A DNA stretch of 59,218 bases, filler included, from Sphacelaria rigidula (Eukaryota), in the NCBI GenBank assembly GCA_964200075.2. It is 6 parts of 6 records of this genome, joined end to end, with 100 filler letters (N's around TTAATTAATTAA, not from the genome) between each part and the next. Parts side by side here need not be neighbours in the genome. Positions count along the whole stretch, not along the records: positions 29,662 to 39,447 come from CAXNAA020007766.1; positions 39,548 to 49,333 come from CAXNAA020007767.1; positions 49,434 to 59,218 come from CAXNAA020007768.1; 3 more parts are not named here. One strand, written 5' to 3'. Made by a program: the position numbers and the translations under genes. Shown here piece after piece: positions 35,838-49,521 of the stretch (within the stretch, counting starts at the first letter, position 1; every line of letters starts with the position of its first letter). The notes below the pieces were generated by a model. It was not told the DNA's origin. It did no database searches and was given only the letters and a program-made list of their open reading frames with translations.

Positions 35838-38800
35838 CAAAGTGGCTGGTTTGGGGAGGCGAAATCTACGCGTAAATCAAAAATTTTAAAGCCGAGCAAA
35901 ACGAGCAGCTGGGAAATCCCGCGCTTTGGTTCGTTTTCGCCAATGACGCCCATATGAGGCGCTTCACGCAGCCTCAAACCCAACTTCACGCGCTGTATGA
36001 CCACCTTCTCCGTGACAGGTTTGGGCTGGTTCTCAGGGGGGGCTACCGTAGAAGCGCCACATGTAGTGATCAACCCTGCTTCTGAGAAACATTAAACTGT
36101 ACAACGTAAGTAAGGGGAAGAGTATGTCGGAGACTCTGCAACACGATGGGATGGTGTAGGATGAGGAACGGTGATGGTCGTCGCTGCTTTGGTGCTCATC
36201 AACCCCCCTTTGCGGACCAGCTCCGTGGCGTTTGGAGCGAGACACGGCTGCTCGCATGCTACACCGCCTCTGCTCCCTCGCCAAGCCAGCGCACATATAT
36301 AACCTTGGGCCATCAGCATTCTACTGTAAAATATAGCACGTTTGCATATATCCTGTCTAGCAAACACGTTGGTCGCAGTTTTATGATGCGCCCGACACAA
36401 GAGGCAACAAATTCCACTTTTCTTCACCTTAATACGAATTGTGCCTAGGCGGCCACGTCCTGAAAACCGCTGTGCTAACACCATGCAGAAATATCGTGCG
36501 TTATGGAGTCTCCTGGAGCAAGCATGATGGGCGTAGCGTGCGGATCATCGTATATACCCACTGCGAAAGGCTGCACAGTTCGGACGAACGATCGCCAGTT
36601 CAAATCACCGTATCTACAATATTTCAGGCCTGATTGCTCGAAAGAGAGCAAAAATAATCACGCAATTCTTGCGCCACTCTACATGCCAGGGCTGCGCGTA
36701 CCTAAACTGCAACGCTGAAAACAAGCCTTGAAGATTGATTTGTACGGTAAAATTTAATGACACAAAAATCAAGTAATTTCCAGACGAATCATTCATGTGC
36801 CCGACCAGTGAAAGGTTCGACGAGAAGATATCCATGCCGCGAATGAAATGACACGGCAGCTGTTGGACTACTCGTACCTTGCAAATACCGGGGCGTCGCA
36901 GCGTACTTGACGCTAGGCATACAATAGTACACAGCCCAAAGCCAACACTGATTAAATGGTGTTGTGCTGACTTTCAAACACGAACAATGAGGGTTGGTCG
37001 AACGGCAATTCAAGCTCCACGCCATATCTTCCACAAGTGTACACAACCTACAGAAACAAAGTGCACCCAATGTGTAGTATGCGGTCGAGAGAGCGTGGAT
37101 TCGCCAGCGACAGCCACGTGCCGCGAACCCGCCGTTATCTTTCTGTTGAGCTCTGTGAACGTTTCGGTCAGACCTTCGACGCTCATACACCCCGTACAGA
37201 ACTGATGATATCTCCACCAGGTGAGCCAGCCAGAAAACGAACTCGAGCCGTCACAGACATATCTCATCGACGCTAACAAAATGGGCCATGATCGGAACAT
37301 CTTGTACATCGTTAACTCAAGTGGCGGAGGTCTATTATCTCGACAGCCCGTCACAACATAATCTTCCGGTGACACGGACTTTCGGTGGGAACTCACTTGG
37401 GGCACGGGGGAAAGATTGATCCCCGCGCCTGCACCTGATCAGTCACCTATCGAGAGGGTCGGCGTCTTCAATGTTCGATACCAAATTCGACACATTGCAC
37501 TATACGCACCAAATCTGGATTTCCCACCTCATGTTTTGAAGTCACACACGTCATCATTCCGCATCGAGCGTCGCAGGAATAAAAGAAAAAAACATGCGCC
37601 ACACTGGGATTCCCGTGTTTTTCACGAACGAAAGACGTTTTTGTTGAAAATGGATTTTGTTTACCGGCCTTCACTCGTGGGAAATCTTCATGTGCCCCGC
37701 GCATTCCTCTCGTTATTTTCTCCCCTGCGACATTCTGTACAGAATTTCAAGTATGAAGCACGACGTTCAAAAATGAGATGCTGAATACACCTTCAAGCTC
37801 AGATCCGTTTCTTGGCCGGTCCAGGTCGTACTCACGTAGTACCTAGTGAAACAGCTCTAATTGCTTCATGTAGATGAGACACATGCGCACCAGCGCACGA
37901 AGCTTCAACGCGATACGCCGTTACCGCAAATGATCTTGAGAGAGTCAACAGACAACCATGAGCAGCAAAACATTGACGCCACGATAGCCTCCCCCCCCGC
38001 CCCGCCAAACCAGCCCCAGTCACGAAGAAAATGGCCTTACAGCGCATGATAGCTGGATTCACACTGCACGAAGCATACCTCATACGGACGACATTGGGAA
38101 CAACGACCCCAAGCATTGGCTTTTGCCATCTTGATTTGCATCTAGATTTTGCCTCCCTCAAACCAGCCACTTTTCTGCGGGGGCTATCGGCGCATCGAGA
38201 GAAAGCACATCATCTTGTGAGGCTGTCAGTACAACCTTGTCCCTGAACGGCGGCTGCTGGTATGCCCCACAAGTGTGTAAAATGACAGCATAGTTCCTCT
38301 GTGCCGTAAGTAAAGGTTCTCATCCTTGCACTGACCCTCAACGGTGTCCGATGCGTCCGTTTTTTTCGTCGTTCTTTTTTGCATGCACTCCCCTCGCATG
38401 CATGAACGGCCGAAAAACAAATAATCGGCCAAACATTTGCCGTACTTCGACACTTTTCGGGGGTCTAAAAAGTGACGAAAGAAGGAACGCAAACGGGGGG
38501 GACGCCTCTTCGAATGCAGCAGCAGCTGCCGCTGCATACTCTCCCACACGTTCTGGGCAGTTCTCGTCTACGGAAATCAGCTGCCTACACACAGGTTGTT
38601 CGTTACCGTCGACTACATACGATCGCACCGCCGCTTGTACCGCCTCGTGAGAGGGATACGCCGATTTCATTCCTCTGACTCCGTTTCTTCTCCGACAGCG
38701 TTGCTAGATTCAGTCGCCTCGTGAACATGGCCACACATATAGTAGGGTACCCTTATTCCCGAATTTCCCCCGAGCATCCTGTGTGAGTGTAATCAACTGA

Positions 38801-38901
38801 GTTTTACTAGAGGCTAGTTCACGTTGATCACCCAAAAAACAATCATCGGCAAAACCTTGTGCCGATTTAAGAAGATAGCCCCTCAAATTTTGCACGAGTG
38901 T

Positions 38902-39436
38902 CCTATGGGTAATTACGCAACTTTCGAAGGTCGTTTTTCTTTACTTTTTTCACCGTTTTTCGGGGGTCCTCGATCCAATCGGACCCCCGCAACACGGTAA
39001 GACCCCATTCATCCAGAGTTGCGCAATGACCCAAAGCACAGTTGTACAAAATTTCGGGGTGTCACTCCTTAAAACGGCGTGAAGTTTTTCGCTTTTGTGC
39101 GATGAACTTTGCCGTGCCGCGGTGAAACCGCAAACTACTTGATTTTAATTAAAAAAACGGCGTTTTGGGGCCTTCGTTGACGTTAACATGGAAATCCAAG
39201 CGTCAGTTGATCGAGTTTTGCGACGAAAATTTGTGGAGCCCATCCTTGGGGTTATGCGGAGGCAGATAGTTCGCGAAAAAATGAAAAGAAAAGTCGTACT
39301 GCCGTTTTTCTGGGGTCCCAGAATGGAGACTACTTCGAGAAACGACTTCGATCCCGTCGGACCCCCGAAAAACGGCGACAAACTCAAGAAGTACAAAAAC
39401 CACCGTCCCTAGAAAGTTGCGTGATGATACATAGCA
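38902..39436. mobile_element. MITE-like element with imperfect TIRs
   Basis: Left CTATGGGTAATTACGCAACTTTC...CCGTTTTTCGGGGGTCC versus right GGACCCCCGAAAAACGG...GAAAGTTGCGTGATGATACATAG. Confidence 0.55.
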
Positions 39437-39447
39437 TATTTATGCGA

Positions 39448-39547
39448 NNNNNNNNNNNNNNNNNNNNNNNNNNNNNNNNNNNNNNNNNNNNTTAATTAAT
39501 TAANNNNNNNNNNNNNNNNNNNNNNNNNNNNNNNNNNNNNNNNNNNN
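39448..39547. other. Artificial linker
   Basis: N44-TTAATTAATTAA-N44. Confidence 0.97.
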
Positions 39548-40115
39548 CCTAGCTCACGTAGTGAGTGGCGTGTTTTATAGCGTCATCGCCAAGCGACGCC
39601 AACCCCATCGGGGGTCCGGGGGGAGGAAGAGCATGGCTTCTGAAAGAAACGTTAAAGGTGTCTTTGCCGAAATAAAAGGTGTGATTTCCCTGTGATACGC
39701 TGGGGGGAGTTGGGATGGTACGAATGCTACTGCGCTATTTTCTGCCATATCGCAGTTGTAGTAACTTGTGATCGGGGGGAAAAATATGTATGTGTCCGGC
39801 GATGTTGAGGCCCCCACGAGGCTGTGTGCAAGCCGTGAATATCTCCGGAAGTGGCAATACCAGAAAATCAAGCAACTCATTGTCGGCTATCAACCATTCG
39901 CAAGATGATGGGTACGCTTTAGACAGAGCAATCTCAGTAGGATGCGGTCCACCCTTTATACGACTTGCCGAGCACATCACGACGCTCCGCACTTGATGAT
40001 TTTGAACTTGGCCCGCCGAAAACCCAGTGTGCTTAGTCCCAGCTTTGTAGGGATGCGAGGTCGATGGTCATATGACTACGGCATGCAAGATCATGCATGA
40101 GTACGCCCCGTCCCC
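39548..40115 (+). repeat. Copy of the CATGAGTAC/C-tract retroposon-like family
   Basis: Ends GCAAGATCATGCATGAGTACGCCCCGTCCCCCC; similar to 40800-41290. Confidence 0.7.
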
Positions 40116-40689
40116 CCCTCGGAGACCGACGAGGATGAAGAAAACCCCGAAATGGATTACAGGAATGCCCGTCTCCCTTTTCCTCCACCAGTGTACCTGG
40201 GTGAACGACGCCTTCAATACCCAAGGATCACCTGTGCGCGAGCAGCGCAAGACCGAAAGTTTTTGTATCTCATTTCTTTCTGAGGCCGGCCGCCGTGGGG
40301 TTTTGGCCGCTGCATCAGGTTTATCTAGTGGTGAAGTGGATCGAGACACGCATCGCATGGTGCAACAAGGCTGCCATTGGCAATCAGCTACTCTGCGAAC
40401 ACATGCCCGTACGCGCCAGGAAAAGATGACTATCTTCTATGTACTCCTACCACCTGCTGTACTGTACGTATTGTCTGTATGGTACAGTCAGTACAGTGGA
40501 GTACAGTACTCACATGCGTTGGGAGTGTAGCGCGGTGGGTTGCCAATCTCGTGTGACCGCACTACTGTGGGATCCCGCACTATGTTGGGACCTCGCACTC
40601 TGGCGGGACCCCCGCTGTGTCGTTGTTATTGTACAGTGCCTGCTATCGCCATTGTACAGGGTGTCAGGGAGGAACCCCCTCAAAATGAG

Positions 40690-42240
40690 GGTACACCCCC
40701 CGAACGTGTCCCTTAGCCTGGTCCGGCGAAAACCCGGCGTGCGCCGTCCCGGGTTTGTAGGAATGGATCCCCTCTGCGGTTGGCGTCGGTTGGCAAGGAC
40801 GCTGTAAAACACGCCACTCACTGCATAAGCTAGGCAACCAGATTACCGCTTTTTTTGTGCGCTTGCGGCCTTTTGTGGTAACCATAATGTTGCTCGAGCT
40901 CGGGCATATTATGCGCGGTGGAGAAACTTAATTCCGCGCAAAGGGGAATAATCATGCTGCGTAGTGTTTAAATGGTGAGACACCCATAAGGCAATGTATA
41001 GCACGTGGCTGTCTCTGGAAGTGGCGATACCAGAATCTGAAGTAACTCACTGGAGGCGGTTATCCAAGTGCACGATAATCAGTACGCTTCGGGTCGAACA
41101 ATCTGAGCAGGATACAGTTCACCCTTCATGCGACTCGCCGGACTCATAGCTCTACATCACGGCGGTGTGCACTTGGTGATTGATTGCGAGCCTGGTCCGG
41201 CGAAAACCCGGCATGCTCCGTCCCGGCTCTGTAGGGATGCGAGGTCAATGGTCATATGGCTGCGATATGCAGAATCATGAGTATACTACCCCCTCACTTA
41301 TCCGATCTCCGACAGTGCTGCGTCTTGGAAGGGATGCGTGGTAAATGGCCATACGACTAAGGAACGCAACAAATGAGTACGCCCCTCCCCTCCCCCTCCG
41401 GCCTCGGCTAGAATGAGGATCTCCCGAAATCGAGGGGGTGGATCACGGCCTGCACTTGGTAAGACTCCCTGTGTCCGGGCGCGCTGCCTTTGCGCTGCTC
41501 CACCTAGGAGAACTCTGTATTTGGCTTGAAAATGACCATGAGAAATCCATATTATGCAAAAAAAAAAGAATGCTTGGGCGCTGCCTGGAAAACGACAAGT
41601 AGTCCGCATTTGGCTGAAAGCAGCTTGAAAAAAACGTATTTTTGCCCGAAACATTTGAGCGGGGGGATGGATGGAGGGGGCGTTGTACTCATGATTCTGC
41701 GTGCCGTACGTAGTCATATGACCATTGACCTCGCATATCTACAGAGCCGGGACGGAGCATGCCGGGTTTTCGCCGGACCAGGCTCGCAATCAATCACCGA
41801 GTGCGAAGCGCCGTGATGTATGAGTCCGGCGAGTCGCATGAAGGGTGAGCTGTTTTCTGCTCAGATTGTTGGACCCGAAGCGTACTGATTATCTTGCACT
41901 TGGATAACCTCCTCCAATGAGTCACTTCAGATTCTGGTATCGCCACTTCCAGAGACAGCCACGTGCTAAACATTGCTTTATGGGTGTCTCACCATTTAAA
42001 CACTACGCAGCATGATTATTCCCCTTTGCGCGGAATTGAGGTTCTCCCACCAAGCACAATATGATCTAGTTCGACCACCATCAGGGTTACCGCAACCCCC
42101 CACCCCCCCCCGGTAACCTGGTTGCTTACGCAGTGAGTGGCGTGTTTTACAGCGTCCTTGCCAACCAACGCCGACCCCATAGGGAGTTCATCCCTACAAA
42201 ACCGAGACGGAGCACGCCGGGTTTTCGGCGGACCAGGATA
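40690..42240. repeat. Two long copies of the same family in inverted, tail-to-tail orientation (about 40690-41290 and 41685-42240)
   Basis: For example, AATTCCGCGCAAAGGGGAATAATCATGCTGCGTAGTGTTTAAATGGTGAGACACCC (40930-) is the reverse complement of the 41982-42037 stretch. Confidence 0.85.
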
Positions 42241-45200
42241 GGCGAAGCGGGGTGGATGGACGGTACGCCTTCTGGAAGAAAAGTTTAAGGCCCGACTGCC
42301 GAAATATGAATGATGGTGTGATGCACCCTTCATATACCACGTTAATTTCCTGATTATTAGCACCGCAGGTGTCCATTTCTGAAACCCAGCATCATCGTCA
42401 CATGAAGACTTTCTGCGTGACCTAGATTGCGAACCCTGGCGGTCAATGAGTTAATACTCCGAAGAGATAGTCGTTGGATATGTAATCCGAAAGCAAACAG
42501 CACCCGCATTTGATTATTTGAAATCACTACGGGTTAGGCCGCTTCTTGTAGACTGAAAAATTCTCTTAGAGAACTCGTTCAAAAGACTTTCCTCAGAGAC
42601 TTTTCCCAGAGCAATCAGTTTTCAAAACCCCACCTTACAGTCTATGAAGAAATTCTGGGGATTTGTACACTCGAGGCCATGATCTAGCCTGCGTGCAGAC
42701 GGTGGTAGTAGTGGTCATCGTTTGCATTTTGTGCTCGTGCCACCTGCGGTAAACCAACAAGTAAATAACCCCGTCGAGGTACAGGATAGATGGGATGGCA
42801 ACACGCGCGCGCGCGCGCGAGCGCGCGCAGTAGCTACTGGTATAATAGGGATCGAAATGATGGGCATATATCAACCCTTTCTTCAGCCGATCGCCGCTTA
42901 GTAAAGTAGTCGTGTCGTAAGCGGTGCAGAGTGTGTGCAGCAGACGGTTTGTGCCATACTGCACACAACAAACTCACGTGACAGTTAGTACAGTAGTGCG
43001 GTAGCAACAGTCTCAGTACACAGAATACTACAGAGTCCGCAATCGGTGGCAGGCACGACGAGCATGAAACGAGACGAGCAGTCAACGCAGCCAGCAGGGG
43101 CGACATCATGCTATTTTACGGTAGAACGCTGCCCGCAAAAAAGCACTGTATTATCTGTACTGTCTGTCCCTGGTCCTACGGTCATGAAGAGGATGCACGG
43201 AGTGCTGCAGCACCTATGCTGTTGCCATGGTACTATACATACAACATGCATAGCTACTTTTGCACTGTCTGTCATTATGCGCGGCGTCTAATCATATAAT
43301 CTGCTCAATTTACAGGGCCGCATTGGTGAGAGGAATGTTCCGATGGTATCATGAATTCCCTTCTTTTTATATTCAACATAAAGTATATTTTCCCATTACC
43401 ACTTGCACGATTCACGGCTCTAACTTCAAATGCGTTCCGCAACATCATTCGCATTACTGTAACCCTTTGACCGCTAGGATAGGTGATCTGTTGAATCGGC
43501 TTCGTTACTCTCGACATTCTGATATTTCAGAGTTTCATCCAATAATTAAACACATAAAAACCCTGTCCCAATTAACAAGCTCCCTCTTTCAAACGCTAGA
43601 CCTCCATTCTGGCTAGGAGGTTGGTTGTCCATCTATGTATTCAATCGGCGTAATATTCGCCCGAGAAATGACGGACAAAGGATCCCATGTGCGGGGGTGT
43701 TCAAAGGAAGGGCTGAACTCACCCCATTTTCAGGGACATGCATTCTGTACCATGTTTCATTGCAAATCTAGCAGACGCGCACTCAGCAAAGGTTACTCCC
43801 TCCTTGACAACTCGTTGGATCGTGTCGCATTGCTTCAGTCAAAAGTGCAAACACCGTGTTTTGACCATTCTAGCATTATCTTTTGTTCCTGCTCGATACA
43901 ACTACCCGACATATTTTGTGCGTGCTGACAGAACGCGAGAGAGTAGAGCATTTACGGAGGAACGGAAATCGATACAAGAAATAATCTCACACATACACAC
44001 AATCTTCCGGCTTGGTTAATAATGCAGAGCAACGAAAGCGCAAGCGTGTCCGTAGAAGAGAGATGAATGTTTCTGCTCGGCAGAAAAATTACAGAAAATA
44101 TACCGCTCATCATTATTACTGTGATCTAAACTGTACTCAGGTGGAGACAAAATAGCACTTCTACAACCGCTGAATAAATACTACAACTTTTGGTGGTGCC
44201 GCTTCTTGCACGTTGACCACAGCCACCCAACCCGAGGCTTCGCCGTCCTGCCGACGTTCGAAATTAAACACCGGGTAGTGAAGGGGGGAAACTATACTTT
44301 CAGTAATGCGATGGTGTAATTGATACATGTGCTAGGCAACTCAACCCACATATTGCTACACTAGACCAGGAGCTAACGACAACGCCGTACCACGAGCAAG
44401 CCCTTGTTCCCGGCCCCCCTGCTACGGAGTGCCAACCCTGGGGGGAACATACAACATATAACATACAGCGCTCAACGCCGTAAGAAGGAGCACTTTTGTA
44501 TCATTATCGACTGAGTATCACCGTTAGCAGACAATGAGTCATTGAGGAATAGAAACCACGATTACATTAACCTACACCCGCCCCCCCAATTACTTAACCC
44601 CTCCCCCCGCGGATCATGACAGCGCCTGCTTTACGCCAACGAGGACAAGAACAACACACGGCAAGTTAACCCGCGCACACGCATCCGAGACGAGAAACAC
44701 CCGAATGTTTTCCTGTGGTAAACAACTACTGAACTATAACCTACACTATACCAGGACAACTAAGCCTTGAATACTGCGCGAGGCTCTTCCCATAGCTACT
44801 TCCCCATTCATTGCTGCATCGCTTGCCTTACGCATGAAATATCGCCATTTGAGGGTAAAAAGGTCCGGCTTGCTAGAGCTTGCATTCATGTATGTGCATC
44901 TCACCACACCCCCGAGTAGAGGACCTCTGCAACAAAAACTAACCTTCCGCGACGTATCTTGGTGTAACCAAGTGGAGTGAGGAAGGGGGGAGTTACCGTT
45001 TCCCTATAGGCTTCCCCTCGTAACGTTTTTAGGGAGAGCATTGGAGATCGGCATCGACCCGTCACCTATTTCCCCACCACTACTTCTGAGCGCGAACTTA
45101 TCGAGCAGTAGAGTATCGATAATGGATATTTTTCCTCTCCCCGTTCGTGATGTGGAAGTAACCACCAAAGATGATGGGTGCAGATAATTTTTCTCCATTA

Positions 45201-45981
45201 TTATGCGGTGAACATGAGATATACCGTGTTCCTTTTTTTCGTTCTTCCAGGGTGGGATAGATATCCTTCGATATACACAACAAAAAGAGACACACTCGAA
45301 TCAGAAAACGATAAAAGAAGAAAACCGATGCGCTGCATCCCAACCAAGAACGCAAAAGTCGCGCGTGTGTGTGTGGGGGTATTTGTACCGCATACAATTG
45401 TCATTCTCCACCGTGCGCAGCCGGTGCTCATGACGTCGGACGCCGTCTCTGATTTCACACGCATGCACAACACACGCGCACACGGGGGGCAAAAAACAAA
45501 GCGGTAGGCATGCTCGACGTATATGAATTACTCGAGGAATAAAACGAGAGAACAAAAAACAGGGAGTGACTGGCCAAAAAACGAAGAGCAAAAAAAAACG
45601 TGAGAAAAAAAACAAACTCCTCGGGGAAAGATGTGAAGATATCTAGGCTGTTCATACTTGGCACAAAACGCGATCTCTATAAACGTGCGTGTATGTAATT
45701 ACGCCAAACATGAACCCGTGATGGCGGTTGTGCCACGACTAACGAACAGACCAAACTTTCGTCTACTTGGGGGGGTTCTTCCCTAAATCTCTCGTAGAGA
45801 TCCCGCTCACTGGACACAGCGTAAGCTACCTCTCGTTCACCTGGTCCGAAAGCTACACACGAAGCGTGGACTCACTAACCGAACACGAACTGCTTCCTGT
45901 GCCAAACTATTTCCACCGGAGCCAGCCTCCCACCCGCTCCGCAATCCCATAGATCATATCGCTCATGACCTGTAGGAGATT

Positions 45982-48900
45982 TTACTCGCTCCCTTCCAAT
46001 GGCATCCCCACCCGTAGCTCTTCTGTGGGATACTGCGGTCCATCTTCGGTGGGATACTGCGGCCCATCTTCTGTGGGATACTGCCGTCCGTCCTCTGTCG
46101 GGTACTGCTGTCCGTCCTCTGTCAGGTACTGCGGTCCGTCTTCTGTCGGATACCGCGGCCCGTCTTCCGTCGGGTACTGCTGTCCGTCCTCTGTCAGGTA
46201 CTGCGGTCCGTCTTCTGTCGGATACCGCAGCCCGTCTTCCGTCGGGTACTGCTGTCCGTCCTCTGTGGGATACTGCCGTCCGTCTTCTGTCGGGTACTGC
46301 TGTCCGTCTTCTGTCGGGTACTGCTGTCCGTCTTCTGTCGGGTACTGCGGTCCATCTTCTGTCGGGTACTGCTGTCCGTCTTCTGTCGGATACTGCTGTC
46401 CGTCTTCTGTCGGGTACTGCGGTCCATCTTCTGTCGCGTACTGCGGTCCATCTTCTGTCGGGTATTGGTATCCGTTTTCTCTCGAGTACTGCGGTCCGTC
46501 TTCTGTCGGGAACTGTGACCTATCTCCTGTTGTTGAGTGCTGCGGGTTGTATTTTGTCGGGTACTGTGGTCTGGCTTCTGTCGGGTAATGCACCCCGTCT
46601 TCCGTAGGATCCAACGCAGACTGGTGCGATATGTCATCAACGGTGCAGCTGGGTGCTGCACGTGTTGCGTCACCGGATTCGTTGGCTGCTCTCGCTGCCT
46701 GCTTCACAAACGCCAGCGCCTCGACCACCATCTCCTCAATCTCGCTAGCGTTCTGCGCGGTGTTATCCACGTCCCGAAACTCCTCCTTTGTGTATTCCAA
46801 GATGCCGGTTCTTCCCGAAGTGAATCGCTTGTTTTTCAGACCCCCACTAATCTCCATCGACTCCGTGCTCACGCCAACAGGTGGCGAGTCGCGGTATGTA
46901 CTGTCCGCAAGCTGTATCTCCGCCACGAGCGCAGCCCCTTCGGCAGCCTTCCCGAAGGCATCTTGGTGCGTACTTATGACCTCCTGTTGCTGCCCTTGAT
47001 CACCGCCGCTCCGAGAGGAACCGAACACCCCCGCCGCTTGCTCATCACCATTCGTATTGCTGGGGTTAGAAGCAACCACGGTTTTCCTCACAGTCTTTGA
47101 CGGGTCATCCAGCAACGACTGTCGTCCTTCTTGAACCAAACTCGCCTCCGCTGCGGCCGCCGTCACAAGGGTCGGTATTTGGGGCGCCCCTGAGCCTGGC
47201 TCGGCACGGTCACAGGATTCGGCTTCGAACCCGGCGTAGTCGGAGGTCGCCGTGTCTTCGCGGCTGCTGGATGGGTGCAAAATACCCGAACTACCCTTGG
47301 GAATAGGCTGAGTTTTGTTCGAGAGGAAAGTGCCCTCGGTAGAAGATGTGGTTGACCCAAATATCGAAGGGAAGCTATGCCCCCTTCTACTCTTGAGGAA
47401 ATTTACGGCGCGCGGGCCGTCCTCGCTCGGAGACGGCACCCCGTCCACTCCCGCAGGGGACTCCAGCTGCCATGCGTATTGAGCATCATCGGTGGATGTT
47501 GTCGAAAACATTACTGTCCCCGGTACGCCCTCGCCGCCAGACTTGGAGGTGCACTCGGGCGTAGCTCCAACTGCCCCGGAGTCTCGCGCAGCCATATTAC
47601 ACTGGCCACTGGACTCGCCCAAGAACATCGCCCACACTTTCGATGTGGCTAATTCACACCCCCGTGGAGCGTTGCGTGATTCCCTCGGTATACCATCGGG
47701 CTGATCGAGAGGCGAGCCAGATTGTACCCCCAGTAAGCAAGGGCTCGGTCGCCCAATCCCACCTGTACGCTCTGTCCTTGCCGGCAGCAGAGGTAGAGAC
47801 AGTCGTTTCGACGCAGCTCCTGCGATTTTGCTGGTAGTGTCAGGCAGAGAGACTCGCCGCGCGGGATGATGCATCTGCCTGTCCGCATTGGTGATGGGCG
47901 ACGGCACCGATGACACCGCCATCTTTCTTGTGTTTTCTGGCAGCGCCGATGCCTGCTGCGTAATGGGAGAGACGTGAGGATACACGTTCGTTGTCGTCGC
48001 ACCCTTGGCGTCGGCGTCCGCTCCTCCAGCACCCACGTCCCCTGTACTGACGTTTCCTCTTTCGCGTTCGATATCCTCTGCATCATGCGGGCCATGATCA
48101 CGAGGATGGGGAATCTCGAGCTCCGGCTCACTACTGTCACCGCAACCAGCACTTGCGGATAAGTGATCCTCGCCACGCTTCGGCACAGTATGCCTGACGG
48201 CGGCGACGGGTTCGGCAGACGGTGAGTCACGGGCGGAATCTTCTTTACTGTTTTGGCCAGCTGGAGATCGCTCCTCGACAGAACCCGCCGTAGCCGCCGC
48301 CATCTTGGTGACCCCTGAACCCGTCGATGGTCTCGCCATCGACGTTTTCTGCACCGTGAGCGTCGCTGTTTCGCTTGCCGCCGCTTCCAATCCACTGCCC
48401 GGCATTGCCATTGGCCCCGCTTCGCTAGTTGCCGGGGGGTGCTCGGCCGAGGCCGCCTCTGTCGCAAGCTTCGCAGCTGCAGCCCCGGGTATCTTCACGT
48501 CGAATGCGAGGGAAGTGACTTCCTTCCCGGTCGATGATGATCGAAGTTGCCTGATCGATGACCGTCGCGCGGCGGAACCGTGAGAGGGCCTGGGTCGGTG
48601 TGGGTTTGGGCCTTCGGCGAGTCCAGAACCAGGGGTGACCTCAATGATCGTTGTGAGACCCGTAGAGGCAAAGCGATATTGTGAAATCCTACTGTTCAAC
48701 ACCTTCGCAGATTTGTCCGGATTGGCGGTACCGTCAGCGGGGGCTCTGTTTCGACTGCTAGGGACCTGCTTCCAGCCCCCCTTGGGGGTAGTAGTGTCCG
48801 GTTTCACGGCGGGTGCCTCTCTTGTGTACTGGGCTTCCTTTGCCGCCGCTGCCGCGAGCTCCGCCACAATGGCGGCGTCAGCAAACATGCCTTCGGGCTC

Positions 48901-49333
48901 GTCCTCCTCATCGCCGCCCTTCCTCCAGCTGTCTTTCCTACTATTTTGGCCACCAGATCCATCCTCTTCTTTCTGTCCACCCGAGCTGCAGTACTTGGTT
49001 GGGTGCGCTAACATCGGATTAATCGTGACAACGGAAGGGTTTTCCTCGTCAATAGGGCTTAGTTCCCCCGCCCCGACGGTGCTGGTCACTGTGGAGCCGC
49101 CGCCGCCGCCGCCACCACTGCCTCCACCACTGAGCATACAACCGCTGCTGCTGTCGGAAGACTCTTCTTCCTTCTCTACAGCGGAGCTATCATCGTGGAA
49201 GGTCTCCGAGTTCTCCTTTCTGGTCTCCTTTCTGATCTCGGACGCGTCCTCCTTGTTGCCGCGTTTGGACACGTGACGCCCAATCAAACATATGCCCAAC
49301 AGAAGCACCAATGCTGTGAGCGCAAGTCGGGGG
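45982..49333 (-). CDS. Large exon: transmembrane helix plus about 1080-aa disordered tail with 8-aa YPTEDGxQ repeats
   Basis: Stop-free ORF of 1109 aa. Begins LALTALVLLLGICLIGRHVSKR (hydrophobic segment then basic residues); cut at the linker. Confidence 0.8.
46020..46610 (-). repeat. 24-bp coding minisatellite (about 20 units)
   Basis: Repeats of CCGTCTTCTGTCGGGTACTGC(T/G)GT on the + strand. Confidence 0.95.
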
Positions 49334-49433
49334 NNNNNNNNNNNNNNNNNNNNNNNNNNNNNNNNNNNNNNNNNNNNTTAATTAATTAANNNNNNNNNNN
49401 NNNNNNNNNNNNNNNNNNNNNNNNNNNNNNNNN
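49334..49433. other. Artificial linker
   Basis: N44-TTAATTAATTAA-N44. Confidence 0.97.
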
Positions 49434-49521
49434 AGAGGTCCCACGACCTTTTCATACACATAGATCCCAGCGCTGAGTAGGAGATTCAGCCCTTAGCCCA
49501 CGCCTACAGCCTGCCCTCTGT

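Noticed and set aside
35840-36073. Upstream exon of the LRAT gene
   Set aside because: Overlaps a dispersed repeat also present inverted at 37981-38173.
37256-37330. SET-domain-like YLIDANKMGHDRNILYIVNSS
   Set aside because: Only a loose resemblance; lacks the RFINHSC motif and any supporting exon structure.
43260-44019. Transposase remnant (TTRW motif)
   Set aside because: No further DDE motifs could be read in any frame.
45965-46673. Cys-rich (PSSVGYCC) and other alternative-frame ORFs over the minisatellite
   Set aside because: By-products of a stop-free 24-bp repeat; only the minus-strand frame extends for more than 1000 aa.
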